Source: Deltaproteobacteria bacterium
GTDB taxonomy: Bacteria; SAR324; NAC60-12
Assembly (NCBI GenBank): GCA_038150265.1
Contig: JAYOTF010000021.1
Coordinates: forward strand, 7,537-47,804
Direction: 5' to 3'
Length of the DNA stretch: 40,268 bases
The notes below the pieces were generated by a model that saw only the letters and a list, made by a program, of their open reading frames with translations, ran no database searches and was not told the DNA's origin. The translations under genes and the position numbers were made by a program. Each line of letters starts with the position of its first letter. Position 1 is the first letter of the stretch. Positions 16,666 through 25,817 of the stretch are shown piece by piece.

Positions 16666-17979
16666 ATGCCTGCCACCCTCACCATCCGTAATGCCCAGGT
16701 CGTCCTGCCCGGACAGGTTCACGCCACTGACGTCATCGTCGAAGCAGGACGCATCGCCGCCATTGGCTCCGGACTTCCGGACCGGGGGGACGTGATCGAC
16801 GCCTCGGGCCTCCACCTGCTTCCGGGCGTGATTGACCCACAGGTCCACTTCCGGGAGCCGGGCAATGGCCACAAGGAAGACCTCCGCTCCGGATCCCGAG
16901 CAGCCGCGGCGGGCGGCGTGACCGCCTTCCTCGACATGCCCAACAACACTCCGTCGGTGATCACCCGAGAGCGCATGGCCGAGAAAAAAGCCCGGGCCGC
17001 CGAGCAGTGCGTGGTCCACTACGGTTTCTTCATGGGCGCCACCTGCGACAACCTCGAAGAGCTCAACGCGGTGGAAAACGTGTGCGGCATCAAGATCTTC
17101 ATGGGCGCGTCCACGGGTGACCTGCTGGTGGATGATCCGGAGGCCCTGGAACGCATCTTTGCCAATGGCACCCGCCTCATTGCGGTTCATGCCGAAGACG
17201 AATCCGTGCTTCGCGACAACAAGGCCCTCCTCGGGGACTTTGCAGACGTCCGGGCGCACTCGCGGATCCGGGACGAAGCCGCAGCGCTGCGGGCCACTCA
17301 GCTCGCGGTCGGCCTCTCCCTCAAGTACCAGCGCCGGCTTCACATCCTCCACCTCACCACTGAGGAGGAGTGTGTCTTCCTGCGGACGCTGCCTCAGGGC
17401 CACCGCATCACCACCGAAGTCTGCCCCCAGCACTTCACCCTCACCGTTCCGGAGTGCTACGAAGAACTGGGCACCCGCGCCCAGATGAACCCTCCCGTCC
17501 GGACCCGTCGGCACGCCGATGCCCTCTGGAAGGCGCTCAAGGAAGGCACCATCGCCTGCATTGCCACCGACCACGCTCCTCATACCCTGGAGGAAAAGAA
17601 CCAGCCCTACGGCAAGGCGCCCTCCGGCATGCCCGGTGTCGAAACCTCACTGCCGCTGATGCTCGACCGCCACAACCGCGGAGACTGCACCCTCCCGGAG
17701 ATCGCCCGCTGGATGTCTGAGGCCCCAGCCGAGCTTTACCAGATCCGCAACAAGGGACGCATTCAGGTCGGATACGATGCCGATCTGGTTCTGGTCGACC
17801 TGGCTCAGCGCAAGACCGTCACCAATGGTGAACTCTTCACCAAGGTCAACTGGTCGCCCTACCACGGCCGGACCTTCCAGGGCTGGCCCGTCCGGACCTT
17901 CATTCTCGGCGAAACCGTCTTTCAGGACGGGCAAGTCGACGACTCTCGCCGCGGACAGCCCCTCCAGTTCGGCGGATGA
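16666..17979 (+). CDS. pyrC: Dihydroorotase (cyclic amidohydrolase family)
   Basis: PGVIDPQVHFREPG, DMPN, KIFMG, VHAED, EVCPQH, MNPP, ATDHAPH, KGRIQVGYDADLV. Confidence 0.88.
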   Translation: MPATLTIRNAQVVLPGQVHATDVIVEAGRIAAIGSGLPDRGDVIDASGLHLLPGVIDPQVHFREPGNGHKEDLRSGSRAAAAGGVTAFLDMPNNTPSVITRERMAEKKARAAEQCVVHYGFFMGATCDNLEELNAVENVCGIKIFMGASTGDLLVDDPEALERIFANGTRLIAVHAEDESVLRDNKALLGDFADVRAHSRIRDEAAALRATQLAVGLSLKYQRRLHILHLTTEEECVFLRTLPQGHRITTEVCPQHFTLTVPECYEELGTRAQMNPPVRTRRHADALWKALKEGTIACIATDHAPHTLEEKNQPYGKAPSGMPGVETSLPLMLDRHNRGDCTLPEIARWMSEAPAELYQIRNKGRIQVGYDADLVLVDLAQRKTVTNGELFTKVNWSPYHGRTFQGWPVRTFILGETVFQDGQVDDSRRGQPLQFGG

Positions 17980-17989
17980 AATCGGGGGG

Positions 17990-18059
17990 ATTGTTCTCGA
18001 TTTGAGAACAATGAATTGAAAGATCCCCCGGTTGTTCTCTCAAATTTTTGCCTCATACT
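17990..18059 (+). promoter_or_regulatory. LysR-type operator plus promoter of the DoxX-pirin operon
   Basis: ATTGTTCTC-GATTT-GAGAACAAT (17990-18012, contains T-N11-A); repeated half-site TTGTTCTC at 18032; CATACT -10 at 18054-18059. Confidence 0.6.
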
Positions 18060-18124
18060 ATTCAGGAAGATCGCTTGAGCCTCTCCGGAGGCTCCACTTG
18101 TTTCCCTCTTCCTGAAAACACATT

Positions 18125-18523
18125 ATGGTGCAAAAATTCCCCATGATTGCCCGCATCGTGCTGGGCCTCATCTACACGGCCAGCGCCCTGGGCAAACTCT
18201 TCGGCGCCGCCCCTCCCCCTGAAGGCGAACAGGCCCTCCAGTTCATGGAGGTCCTCATGAGTTCCGGAATCATGCTGGTGGTCGCCGTGGTTGAGCTGCT
18301 CGGTGGCGTGGCCCTCCTTTCCGGCTTCTTTGCGCCGCTGGCTCTGGTGATGCTCGCTCCGATCACCATCATGATCTTCCTCTACCACACGACCATGGAT
18401 CCCATGGGCCTCCCCGTCGCGATGCTGATGATCGCCTTGACGCTGGTGGCCGCCCACGGATTCCGGAACCTCTACCTGCCCATCATGCAGCCTCGGCTGC
18501 CGCAGCCCAAACAGGAGGCCTGA
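18125..18523 (+). CDS. DoxX-family membrane protein
   Basis: ARIVLGLIY...VELLGGVALL...FLYH; four TM helices. Confidence 0.85.
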   Translation: MVQKFPMIARIVLGLIYTASALGKLFGAAPPPEGEQALQFMEVLMSSGIMLVVAVVELLGGVALLSGFFAPLALVMLAPITIMIFLYHTTMDPMGLPVAMLMIALTLVAAHGFRNLYLPIMQPRLPQPKQEA

Positions 18524-19221
18524 TGCATTCCGTCCGCCGTGCTGATGACCGGGGGCACGTTCAGCTGGACTGGCTGGACAGCCGCCACACCTTCTCATTT
18601 GGCCACTACTACGACCCGCGTTTCATGGGGTTCAGCACCCTCCGGGTCATCAATGACGACCACATTGCCCCCGGAGGCGGCTTTCCCATGCACGGGCACC
18701 AGGACATGGAAATCATCACCTACATGATCTCCGGAACCCTGGCGCACAAGGACAGCATGGGCAATGAAGAGGTCATCCGTCCGGGCGAGATCCAGCGCAT
18801 GAGCGCCGGCACCGGTGTTCGGCACAGCGAGTTCAACGCCTCTCAGACCGAGCCGGCTCACCTGCTTCAGATCTGGATCCAGCCTGGAACACTGGGTCGG
18901 TCCCCCGGATACGAGCAGAAGTTTGTCCGTGATGTGGTCCAGCCCGGAAAGATGGGGCTCGTGGTGGCTCCGGAAGGAGAAGGAGGCGCTCTGACGATGC
19001 ACACGGACGCGCGGCTCTATGCCGGTGTGCTTGATGCGGGAGCGGAACTGCAGCACTCCCTGCCGCCCGGACGCAGCGCGTGGCTGCATGTGGTCCAGGG
19101 AAGTCTGGCCATCTTGGGAGAAATGCTGCACGCTGGAGATGCCTTAGCCCTCAAGGAAGAAGAAGCCCTCTCCATCCGCGCTCATGCGGAAGCAGAGTTT
19201 CTGTTATTTGACTTACCCTAA
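18523..19221 (+). CDS. Pirin-family protein (YhhW-like)
   Basis: WLDSRHTFSFGHYYDP, LRVINDD, HGHQDMEI, HKDSMGN, MSAGTGVRHSE. Confidence 0.95.
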   Translation: MHSVRRADDRGHVQLDWLDSRHTFSFGHYYDPRFMGFSTLRVINDDHIAPGGGFPMHGHQDMEIITYMISGTLAHKDSMGNEEVIRPGEIQRMSAGTGVRHSEFNASQTEPAHLLQIWIQPGTLGRSPGYEQKFVRDVVQPGKMGLVVAPEGEGGALTMHTDARLYAGVLDAGAELQHSLPPGRSAWLHVVQGSLAILGEMLHAGDALALKEEEALSIRAHAEAEFLLFDLP

Positions 19222-19228
19222 TTTTTGA

Positions 19229-19831
19229 ATGGTCATGGAAAAACCCGCTCCCACCTCTGTCTCTCTGATTGATCCCATCCGGAACCGCTGGAGCCCTCGG
19301 GCCTTTGATGCCAACCGTCCGGTGCCCGCAGAAGTCCTGCTGCAGCTTTTTGAAGCCGCCCGCTGGGCGCCGTCGTGCAACAACTCTCAGGCCTGGAACT
19401 TCATTGTGGCCACCCAGGATGAGCCCGAATTTGCAGACCTCCTCGAGTGTCTGGTTCCGGGAAACCGCGCGTGGGCCGAAGCCGCTCCGGTGCTGGTGCT
19501 CGCTGCCGCTGAGCTGAACTTCAGCTTCAACGGCAAGCCCAACGCCTTTGCTCGGCATGACGTCGGCCTCGCGCTGGGGAACCTCCTGGCCCAGGCCACC
19601 GCCCTTGGCGTCCAGGGGCACCTGATGGCCGGTTTTTCGGCAGACACCGCCCGTGAAAAGCTGGGCCTTCCCGACACCCATGAACCGGTGACCATGCTGG
19701 CTCTGGGCTACCCCGGAGATCCGGAATCCCTCTCCGAGCCCCTGCGCGAACGAGAGCTCGCGGAACGCCTCCGCAAGCCGCTGGATGCCTTTGTCTTCAA
19801 GGGACGCTTTGGGCAGTCCCGAAGTTTTTAA
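19229..19831 (+). CDS. Nitroreductase-family flavoprotein
   Basis: RWSPRAF, AARWAPSCNNSQAWNF, HDVG, HLMAGF, ALGY, RKPL. Confidence 0.92.
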   Translation: MVMEKPAPTSVSLIDPIRNRWSPRAFDANRPVPAEVLLQLFEAARWAPSCNNSQAWNFIVATQDEPEFADLLECLVPGNRAWAEAAPVLVLAAAELNFSFNGKPNAFARHDVGLALGNLLAQATALGVQGHLMAGFSADTAREKLGLPDTHEPVTMLALGYPGDPESLSEPLRERELAERLRKPLDAFVFKGRFGQSRSF

Positions 19832-19891
19832 CTCGCTCGGTCGCCTTTGCGGCTGGAGCCCTTTTTGTTCACTCTCTCTTTGAGACCCCCC

Positions 19892-20503
19892 ATGAAAGTA
19901 CTGATCCCGTTTTACTCCACCTACGGACACATCTACCACCTTGCCCAAGCAGTTGCAGAAGGGGTCCAGTCCGTCCCTGGAGCAGAAGCGCACCTGCGCC
20001 GCGTTCCCGAAACGTTGCCGCAGGACGTCCTGGAGGCCCTGTATGCCGTTGAGGCCCAGAAGGCCTTTGCCGATGTTCCGGAAGCAACAGTGGAGGAGCT
20101 TGGAGAAGCCGATGCCTTGATCTTTGGCACTCCCACCCGCTTTGGCATGATGGCCGCTCAGATGAAGCAGTTCCTGGATGCCACCGGATCCTTGTGGATG
20201 CAGGGAAAGCTGGTCGGCAAGGTGGGAAGCGTCTTCACCAGCGCGGCCAACCAGCACGGTGGTCTGGAATCCACAATCCTCAGCTTCCACACCAGCCTGC
20301 TGCACCACGGCATGGTCGTCGCGGGCCTGCCGTACGCGTTTCAGGGGCAAATGGGGGTGGATGAAATCAAGGGCGGATCGCCCTATGGTGCGTCGACCAT
20401 TGCTGGCGCTGACGGAAGCCGCATGCCGAGTGAGGCCGACCTCGCCGGCGCTCGCTTCCAGGGTCAGTATGTCGCCGAGTTGGCCACAAAGCTGACGCGC
20501 TGA
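19892..20503 (+). CDS. wrbA: NAD(P)H:quinone oxidoreductase WrbA
   Basis: YSTYGH, GTPTRFG, QHGG.EST, GGSPYGA, ARFQG. Confidence 0.96.
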   Translation: MKVLIPFYSTYGHIYHLAQAVAEGVQSVPGAEAHLRRVPETLPQDVLEALYAVEAQKAFADVPEATVEELGEADALIFGTPTRFGMMAAQMKQFLDATGSLWMQGKLVGKVGSVFTSAANQHGGLESTILSFHTSLLHHGMVVAGLPYAFQGQMGVDEIKGGSPYGASTIAGADGSRMPSEADLAGARFQGQYVAELATKLTR

Positions 20504-20565
20504 CCTGCAGCTTGAAAAGAGGGCCGGCCACCCGCTTGAAGCAGGTGACCGGTTCTTGAGGAGGC

Positions 20566-21867
20566 TTAAGCCGGAACCCGCTGAGACGGAGTCGGCTGAT
20601 CCAGGAGCTGCAGCTTGAGCCGCAACCCTTCTCGCCGTTCGGCACAACTGAGGGATTTCTCCAGCTGCCCCTGCAGGCGGTACTGATTTTCCAACAGCCC
20701 CAGGATCACCACCATCTGCCGAGCCTTTTCGAGGGAGCTGCATCCGGCGGTTTTGAGGGCTTCCATGCCGAAGTGCAGGTGCTGCATCGCCTGCTCGTTT
20801 TCCTCGCGGATGGCATGATTCTGGGCCATGTGCGTGTGCGCCCGGGCCACATTCGGAAACCCGGAGGCACTGATGGCATGGGAGTAGTGCAGGTTGGCCA
20901 GCTGCGCCAGGCTCGCTACCGTCTTGCTGAGCGCCACCGGCCCGGTACCACTGAGCGGCAGCAGCGGCTGGTTCGGGTGCCGGAGGTTGTAGCGCTGCAC
21001 AAACGCATTCAGCTTTCCGGAATCCAGCACCTGCTTGCGTTCCTCCTTCCCGGCCACCACGGCCGCATGGAAGTCGATGAGTTGCTGAAACAGCAGCCCC
21101 TTGCGAAACGCCAGCTCCCCCTTCTGCCGACTGGCCAGCGCCTTTTGCTGCTTCTCCAGCACTCGCTCAAACTCCAGCATCTGCACATACGCCTCGTAAT
21201 ACCGCCCGCCCTGCAGATAGAGGCGAGCCAAGCGATTCCGGAAGTTCGGCGTCTCCGAGTCGCGACGCTGCAGCCGGGCCCCCAGCATCTCCTCATGCAC
21301 CTCATGCTCCGTGTGGTACGCCACCGGATTGAGCGGCTTCGTGACCTTGAGGAGGCTCACGCACACGCTGGTTGCCCCCGGATTGATGCGATGCTCCGAC
21401 TGCTCCACCGCCTGCGAGGCCAGGTCGAGGGCCTGAAACAACAAAAAGCGCTGCAGCGTGGGGTTCTGCTGCTCACGGGAAGCAGCCTCCAGCACCAGCC
21501 GTGCGGTGGCCTCAAGCTTCCCGGCGCCTTCTTCCCCATCCTTGAGGTACAGCCGCGTCGTCTCCTGAAACAGGGTCGCCCAGAAGCTCTGCGAGTGGGG
21601 CGTTTCCAGCAGCTGCGCCACCTGGCACAAGGCTGCTCGCGGAGGACGTCCCAGCATCCGGGACTTCTGCTGCAGGTCTCGGTCAATGAGCGCCTGCACC
21701 ATCGGTTTGCTCCGGGCATCATAGGAGAAGGACAGGCAGACGTCCACTCCAGGCCGCAGCGCCACCGCCTTGGATCGCTTCCCCGTTTCCTCCTCTGGAT
21801 CGGTTGGCAGGGGCTGTTCCGTGGCGACCTCCAGCGCCATTCCATCAATTTGTTCGTCCACCATCAT
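20566..21867 (-). CDS. Hypothetical all-helical (TPR-like) protein
   Basis: Long ORF convergent with wrbA; motifs LARLYLQGGRYYEAY and AHTHMAQNHAIREENEQAMQHL resemble TPR helices; start estimated at MMVDEQ. Confidence 0.6.
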   Translation of the reverse strand: MMVDEQIDGMALEVATEQPLPTDPEEETGKRSKAVALRPGVDVCLSFSYDARSKPMVQALIDRDLQQKSRMLGRPPRAALCQVAQLLETPHSQSFWATLFQETTRLYLKDGEEGAGKLEATARLVLEAASREQQNPTLQRFLLFQALDLASQAVEQSEHRINPGATSVCVSLLKVTKPLNPVAYHTEHEVHEEMLGARLQRRDSETPNFRNRLARLYLQGGRYYEAYVQMLEFERVLEKQQKALASRQKGELAFRKGLLFQQLIDFHAAVVAGKEERKQVLDSGKLNAFVQRYNLRHPNQPLLPLSGTGPVALSKTVASLAQLANLHYSHAISASGFPNVARAHTHMAQNHAIREENEQAMQHLHFGMEALKTAGCSSLEKARQMVVILGLLENQYRLQGQLEKSLSCAERREGLRLKLQLLDQPTPSQRVPA

Positions 21868-22021
21868 CGAATTTGCACCATTCTGGAATGATCTTGGCAA
21901 GAGCGATCCTGTAACCAGATGTGCCGGTTGACGCGGTCGCTCGTTCTCGGTGAATGACTGCGAGAAGCGTACCACTGGCACAGTCTTCCTTTCTGTCAAG
22001 GGATTGCCGATAAAGGATTCA

Positions 22022-22270
22022 ATGGAATGGATAAATGGACTGGCAGGCCTGCTCCTGCAGCATCCGGAAGTGCTGCTGGGACTGGGAGTGGTCGCCTGCC
22101 TCGTGATGATGAGGCTGATTTATCAAAAACTGCGGGACACGCTGCTGCTCCGCCAAAGCAAGCAACAGCTGCTCGAAGAGCTGGTGCAGTTTGTGGAGAT
22201 TGAGGAGTTCTTCCGCGACCGTGGAGAGAGCCCCACGGCCCTGAAGCCTCAGGTGCATGAAGCCGCCTGA
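22022..22270 (+). CDS. Small single-pass membrane protein
   Basis: AAGGA RBS; hydrophobic VLLGLGVVACLVMM followed by a coiled-coil-like segment; overlaps the next gene. Confidence 0.6.
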   Translation: MEWINGLAGLLLQHPEVLLGLGVVACLVMMRLIYQKLRDTLLLRQSKQQLLEELVQFVEIEEFFRDRGESPTALKPQVHEAA

Positions 22271-23975
22271 AGCCCTCGCGCTTCCAACCCTCGGTGGCCC
22301 GCATGGCGTCACCGCCGAGTTCCCCACCCTCGACCACATCCTGCGCTGGAAGGAGGGCCACTGCACGTACGCAAACGGCTACTACCGCCTTGTGGAGAGC
22401 CCCTTTCACCAGGTGTTCCGGGAGTCGCTTCAGCGTCCAGCGGGCAGCTCGGTTTCGCTCTTCCCCAGCCTGCGAGCCGCCTGGCAGTGTGCCCTTGAAG
22501 GCCTGCTGCGCCTGCAACGGCCGCACGTGCTGGAAGTCCTGGCGCCGCTCACTCCGGAGCCCTGGGCCGAAGCCCCTGGGGCCCTCGCCGGTTTCCCGCT
22601 CCCGGTCTCCCTCTCCTTGCCGCATCGGCTGCCGGAAGTCACGCCTGCGGCCGTGTGGCTGCTCTTTCACCCGGAACCCGAATCCTGGTTGACCAACCAT
22701 CCCACGGAACTGGACGCCTTCGCGGCTCAGGGCGGGCGGCTCCTCGTGGTCACGCCCCAGCTGCCTCAAGCGCCGTTGCCCCGCTTCGTGCAGGCGTGGT
22801 GTGTCCCTCTGGTTCATGAAGGGGACCTGAGTGCGGTCTTCAGTCCAGACACCCCCCGCGTTCTCAAGGAGCTGGCCGAGGGCCGCAAGAAGCGCGGAGC
22901 CGTGGTGTCAACACGGACGCTGGAGCGGCATCGCCAGGGGCTCCCGGAGCTTCCCACCCGGGCCTCAGCAGCGGTTTTGCAGCAGCTTCAGGAATGGGAA
23001 CACGCCACCGCCGGCGCGCTGTTTCCCTCAGGCATGGCCGCTGTCACCGCAGCACTCGACCTCGTTCGTCGCCCCGAGCGGTCTCGGATTGTGGTGGTTG
23101 GGTTGCTGTACGGCGACACCTACGGCTTCCTGGAAGCGCGTACGGCGACCGGATCCGGACCCGTCACCTACCTGAGCGTGTCCGACGCTGCGCACCTGCC
23201 AGACGTCCTGGGTCCAGACGTGGCCGCGGTGCTGACCGAGACGCTCACCAACCCGCTGCTGGAGGTTCCGGACTTACGGACCCTCGCAGCCGCATGCCGC
23301 TCTCAGGACATTCCGCTCATCGTGGACAACACCTTCGCCACGCCCCTCAACTGCCAGCCCCTGGAAGAAGGCGCCGACCTCGTCATCCATAGCACCACCA
23401 AGTACCTCAGCGGCGGAAACGATCACGGTGGTGGGGTGGTGCTCACTCAGCAACGTGGGCTGGCCCGGATGCTCCAGCGGTATCAAGCGCAGTGGGGATT
23501 GCGGATGGCAGAAGAAGAGGCGGTGGTCCTGCAGCAGCGGCTGCACACCTTTCCGGAACGGCTGGCGCGCTTCAATGCCAATGGGAAGCAGCTGGCCCGG
23601 TTCCTGAAACGGCACTCCGGAACGCAAGCCGTGTTTCATGGGTCGCTGCAGCCCCGGCACCAGCGTCCGGCGCACCTCTCCGGATTCGGCGGCGTCGTCA
23701 GCTTTCAGCTACAGGAAGATTCGTTGGCAGGACTGAGGCGCTTTTACGATGCGCTGGGCCCTCCCCTTCACAAGGCTCCTTCGCTGGGCTCAGACCAGAC
23801 GCTGCTCTGCCCCTATGCCCTGCTGGCGCACTACCACGAGCCCGATGCCTTTTTCCGGGAGCACGGCCTTTCGCGCTACCTCGTCCGGGTGGCCGCTGGT
23901 TCTGAGCCCCACTTCACTCCTGTTCTGGAACAGCTCGACCAGGCGCTCCTCAAGAGCCTTCAGCCAAACAGGTAG
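22257..23975 (+). CDS. Cys/Met metabolism PLP-dependent enzyme (cystathionine gamma-synthase-like) with long N-terminal extension
   Basis: FPSGMAA, ETLTNPLL, VDNTFATP, HSTTKYLSG (PLP Lys), GGVVSF, APSLG, LVRVAAGSE. Confidence 0.85.
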   Translation: MKPPEALALPTLGGPHGVTAEFPTLDHILRWKEGHCTYANGYYRLVESPFHQVFRESLQRPAGSSVSLFPSLRAAWQCALEGLLRLQRPHVLEVLAPLTPEPWAEAPGALAGFPLPVSLSLPHRLPEVTPAAVWLLFHPEPESWLTNHPTELDAFAAQGGRLLVVTPQLPQAPLPRFVQAWCVPLVHEGDLSAVFSPDTPRVLKELAEGRKKRGAVVSTRTLERHRQGLPELPTRASAAVLQQLQEWEHATAGALFPSGMAAVTAALDLVRRPERSRIVVVGLLYGDTYGFLEARTATGSGPVTYLSVSDAAHLPDVLGPDVAAVLTETLTNPLLEVPDLRTLAAACRSQDIPLIVDNTFATPLNCQPLEEGADLVIHSTTKYLSGGNDHGGGVVLTQQRGLARMLQRYQAQWGLRMAEEEAVVLQQRLHTFPERLARFNANGKQLARFLKRHSGTQAVFHGSLQPRHQRPAHLSGFGGVVSFQLQEDSLAGLRRFYDALGPPLHKAPSLGSDQTLLCPYALLAHYHEPDAFFREHGLSRYLVRVAAGSEPHFTPVLEQLDQALLKSLQPNR

Positions 23976-25672
23976 GGCAGCTCCATTCGGAAGATCGCGC
24001 CTGAGCCTTCTGGCCGATTCTGCACCTCAAGGGTGCCGTCAAAACCACTCAGGGTCCGGCGGCAGATCGCCAGTCCCAGCCCGGTTCCCACCGTGGGAGG
24101 CTTCGTGGTAAAGAATTCCTCAAACACCTTGAAGAGGTGCCCCTCCGGAATCCCGGGGCCGTTGTCTCGGATCTCGCACGCCACCCGTCCGCGCTCTGCC
24201 GGCATCACCGACACTTCAACCTCTCGCGGGTCCGGGTGTTCCGCCAAGGCTTCCACCGCATTGTTGAGCAGGTTCTGAAACACCAGGGCGAGGTCTGACG
24301 GCTCCACCATCACCCGAGGCTCCTCTTCCGGAAGCGCCTCCCAGGCGTTCTGGAACCGCACCGACACGTGCTGGTCCCGGAAGCGATCCTGCAGAAAGCT
24401 GAGCATCTGCTGCGCCACTCCCGAGAGGTGCAAGGGCTGGCGTTGCGAGCGCACCCGGGCCTGATCGAGCGTGCGGCTGATGATGTCATTGGCGCGGGCC
24501 AGGGCCTCTTGCGCGTGGTGCTCCACCTCGCTGGCGCGCTCCTCGTCCTCCGGTCTTGCAAAGCGCCGAAGCTGAGCCACCCGTGTGGTGATGAGGGTCA
24601 TGGGGCTTCGCAGGTCGTGGGCCACCTCGGCGGCCAAGCGTCCGACACTGGCCATCTGTTCGCTGCGCCGGATCACTTCCCGCTGCTGGTACTCGGCAGT
24701 GACATCCTGATTGATGCCCAGCATGAACATCCGCGCCCCGTCACTGAAGGTGCTGGCGTACGTTCGGATCCAGCGGCGTGTGCCACTGGGCATCTCAAAG
24801 AGGATCTCGGTCTTGCCCGTGCCCCCTTGCATGGCAACGAGCGTCTCCTCCTGCATCACCGGTAACAGCTGTTCCCGCTGCGATTCCGGAAGGCGCCGGA
24901 TGATGGTCTCAAGCCCCGGAGCTTCGCCGGGCTGCAGTTCCCACAGCTCCTTGAGGAAGTCGTCCCACTCCTCTTCCCCCGTATCCGGATCCTTGATCCA
25001 AAACCCCAGACGGGCCTGCTTCGAGGCAATTTCCTGATGATGCAGGCGCAGCTCCAGTTTGCGTTGCGCCATCACCAGGTCTGTCACTTCCTGATTGACT
25101 CCCACCACCCAGCGTTCGCCATTCAGCTCAATGCTTTTCCCTCGGACCCGAAACACCTTGTGTTGTCCGGAAGGCATGACCAGGTCAAAATCCGTCTCCG
25201 GGTAATCCGCCCCATTCCGGAGCTGCTCGCAGATGGCCTGGTCCTTCTTTTGCGACTCCGGAGTCAGCCGCTGCCGCCAGACTTCATGGATGGGAATGCC
25301 CGGCGGGGCTTCCAGCTGTTGGTTGTCCAGGGTCCGGTAACGCGACTCTTCCTTGTGCGGATGGAACATGAACATGTTCACGCCCTGAGTGGCCACCAGC
25401 GCCTCCAGCACTGCTTCCTGCTCCCGAAGCTGGTCCTGCACCGCCTGCTGCACCGCCTGAGCCTGATCCAGCAGCGTCAGCATCTGCTGCCGATGCTCCT
25501 CCAGCAAGGTCCAGAGCGGAAGCTCCGCCGGGTTGCGTGGACAGGGGACCACGTGTGTCCGTAACGACTCCGGATTCTTGTTCCAGGCTTCCAGTGCTTC
25601 CTGGAGCCATTTTGGCCCGGAAGCTAGCGGGACGTCGGACTCAAGAGGCAGGGATTGGGTCGCGGGTGGCAC
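23960..25672 (-). CDS. Cytoplasmic PAS-domain sensor histidine kinase (orphan)
   Basis: Two PAS/PAC-like segments (ending GVNQEVT, GINQDVT), AHDLRSPM, NLLNNAVEA, DNGPGI, FFTTK, GTGLGL; no TM helix. Confidence 0.9.
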   Translation of the reverse strand: MPPATQSLPLESDVPLASGPKWLQEALEAWNKNPESLRTHVVPCPRNPAELPLWTLLEEHRQQMLTLLDQAQAVQQAVQDQLREQEAVLEALVATQGVNMFMFHPHKEESRYRTLDNQQLEAPPGIPIHEVWRQRLTPESQKKDQAICEQLRNGADYPETDFDLVMPSGQHKVFRVRGKSIELNGERWVVGVNQEVTDLVMAQRKLELRLHHQEIASKQARLGFWIKDPDTGEEEWDDFLKELWELQPGEAPGLETIIRRLPESQREQLLPVMQEETLVAMQGGTGKTEILFEMPSGTRRWIRTYASTFSDGARMFMLGINQDVTAEYQQREVIRRSEQMASVGRLAAEVAHDLRSPMTLITTRVAQLRRFARPEDEERASEVEHHAQEALARANDIISRTLDQARVRSQRQPLHLSGVAQQMLSFLQDRFRDQHVSVRFQNAWEALPEEEPRVMVEPSDLALVFQNLLNNAVEALAEHPDPREVEVSVMPAERGRVACEIRDNGPGIPEGHLFKVFEEFFTTKPPTVGTGLGLAICRRTLSGFDGTLEVQNRPEGSGAIFRMELPYLFG

Positions 25673-25817
25673 TCGGTCTCTTTTGGCTGGGACGGCAGTG
25701 GGTCAAGAAATTCAGGAGCTCAGGAGAGATCCCTCTCATGGACCCGACGAATCGTAAAACATTGTTGCCAAAATGCAACGGGAAACTGCGGCCGAGTTTT
25801 TGTGTCCGAAGAAGGGG

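Noticed and set aside
15147..16685. 512-aa minus-strand ORF
   Set aside because: Antisense shadow of the AbrB-like gene and hemB.
19151..20743. 530-aa minus-strand ORF
   Set aside because: Antisense to nitroreductase and wrbA.
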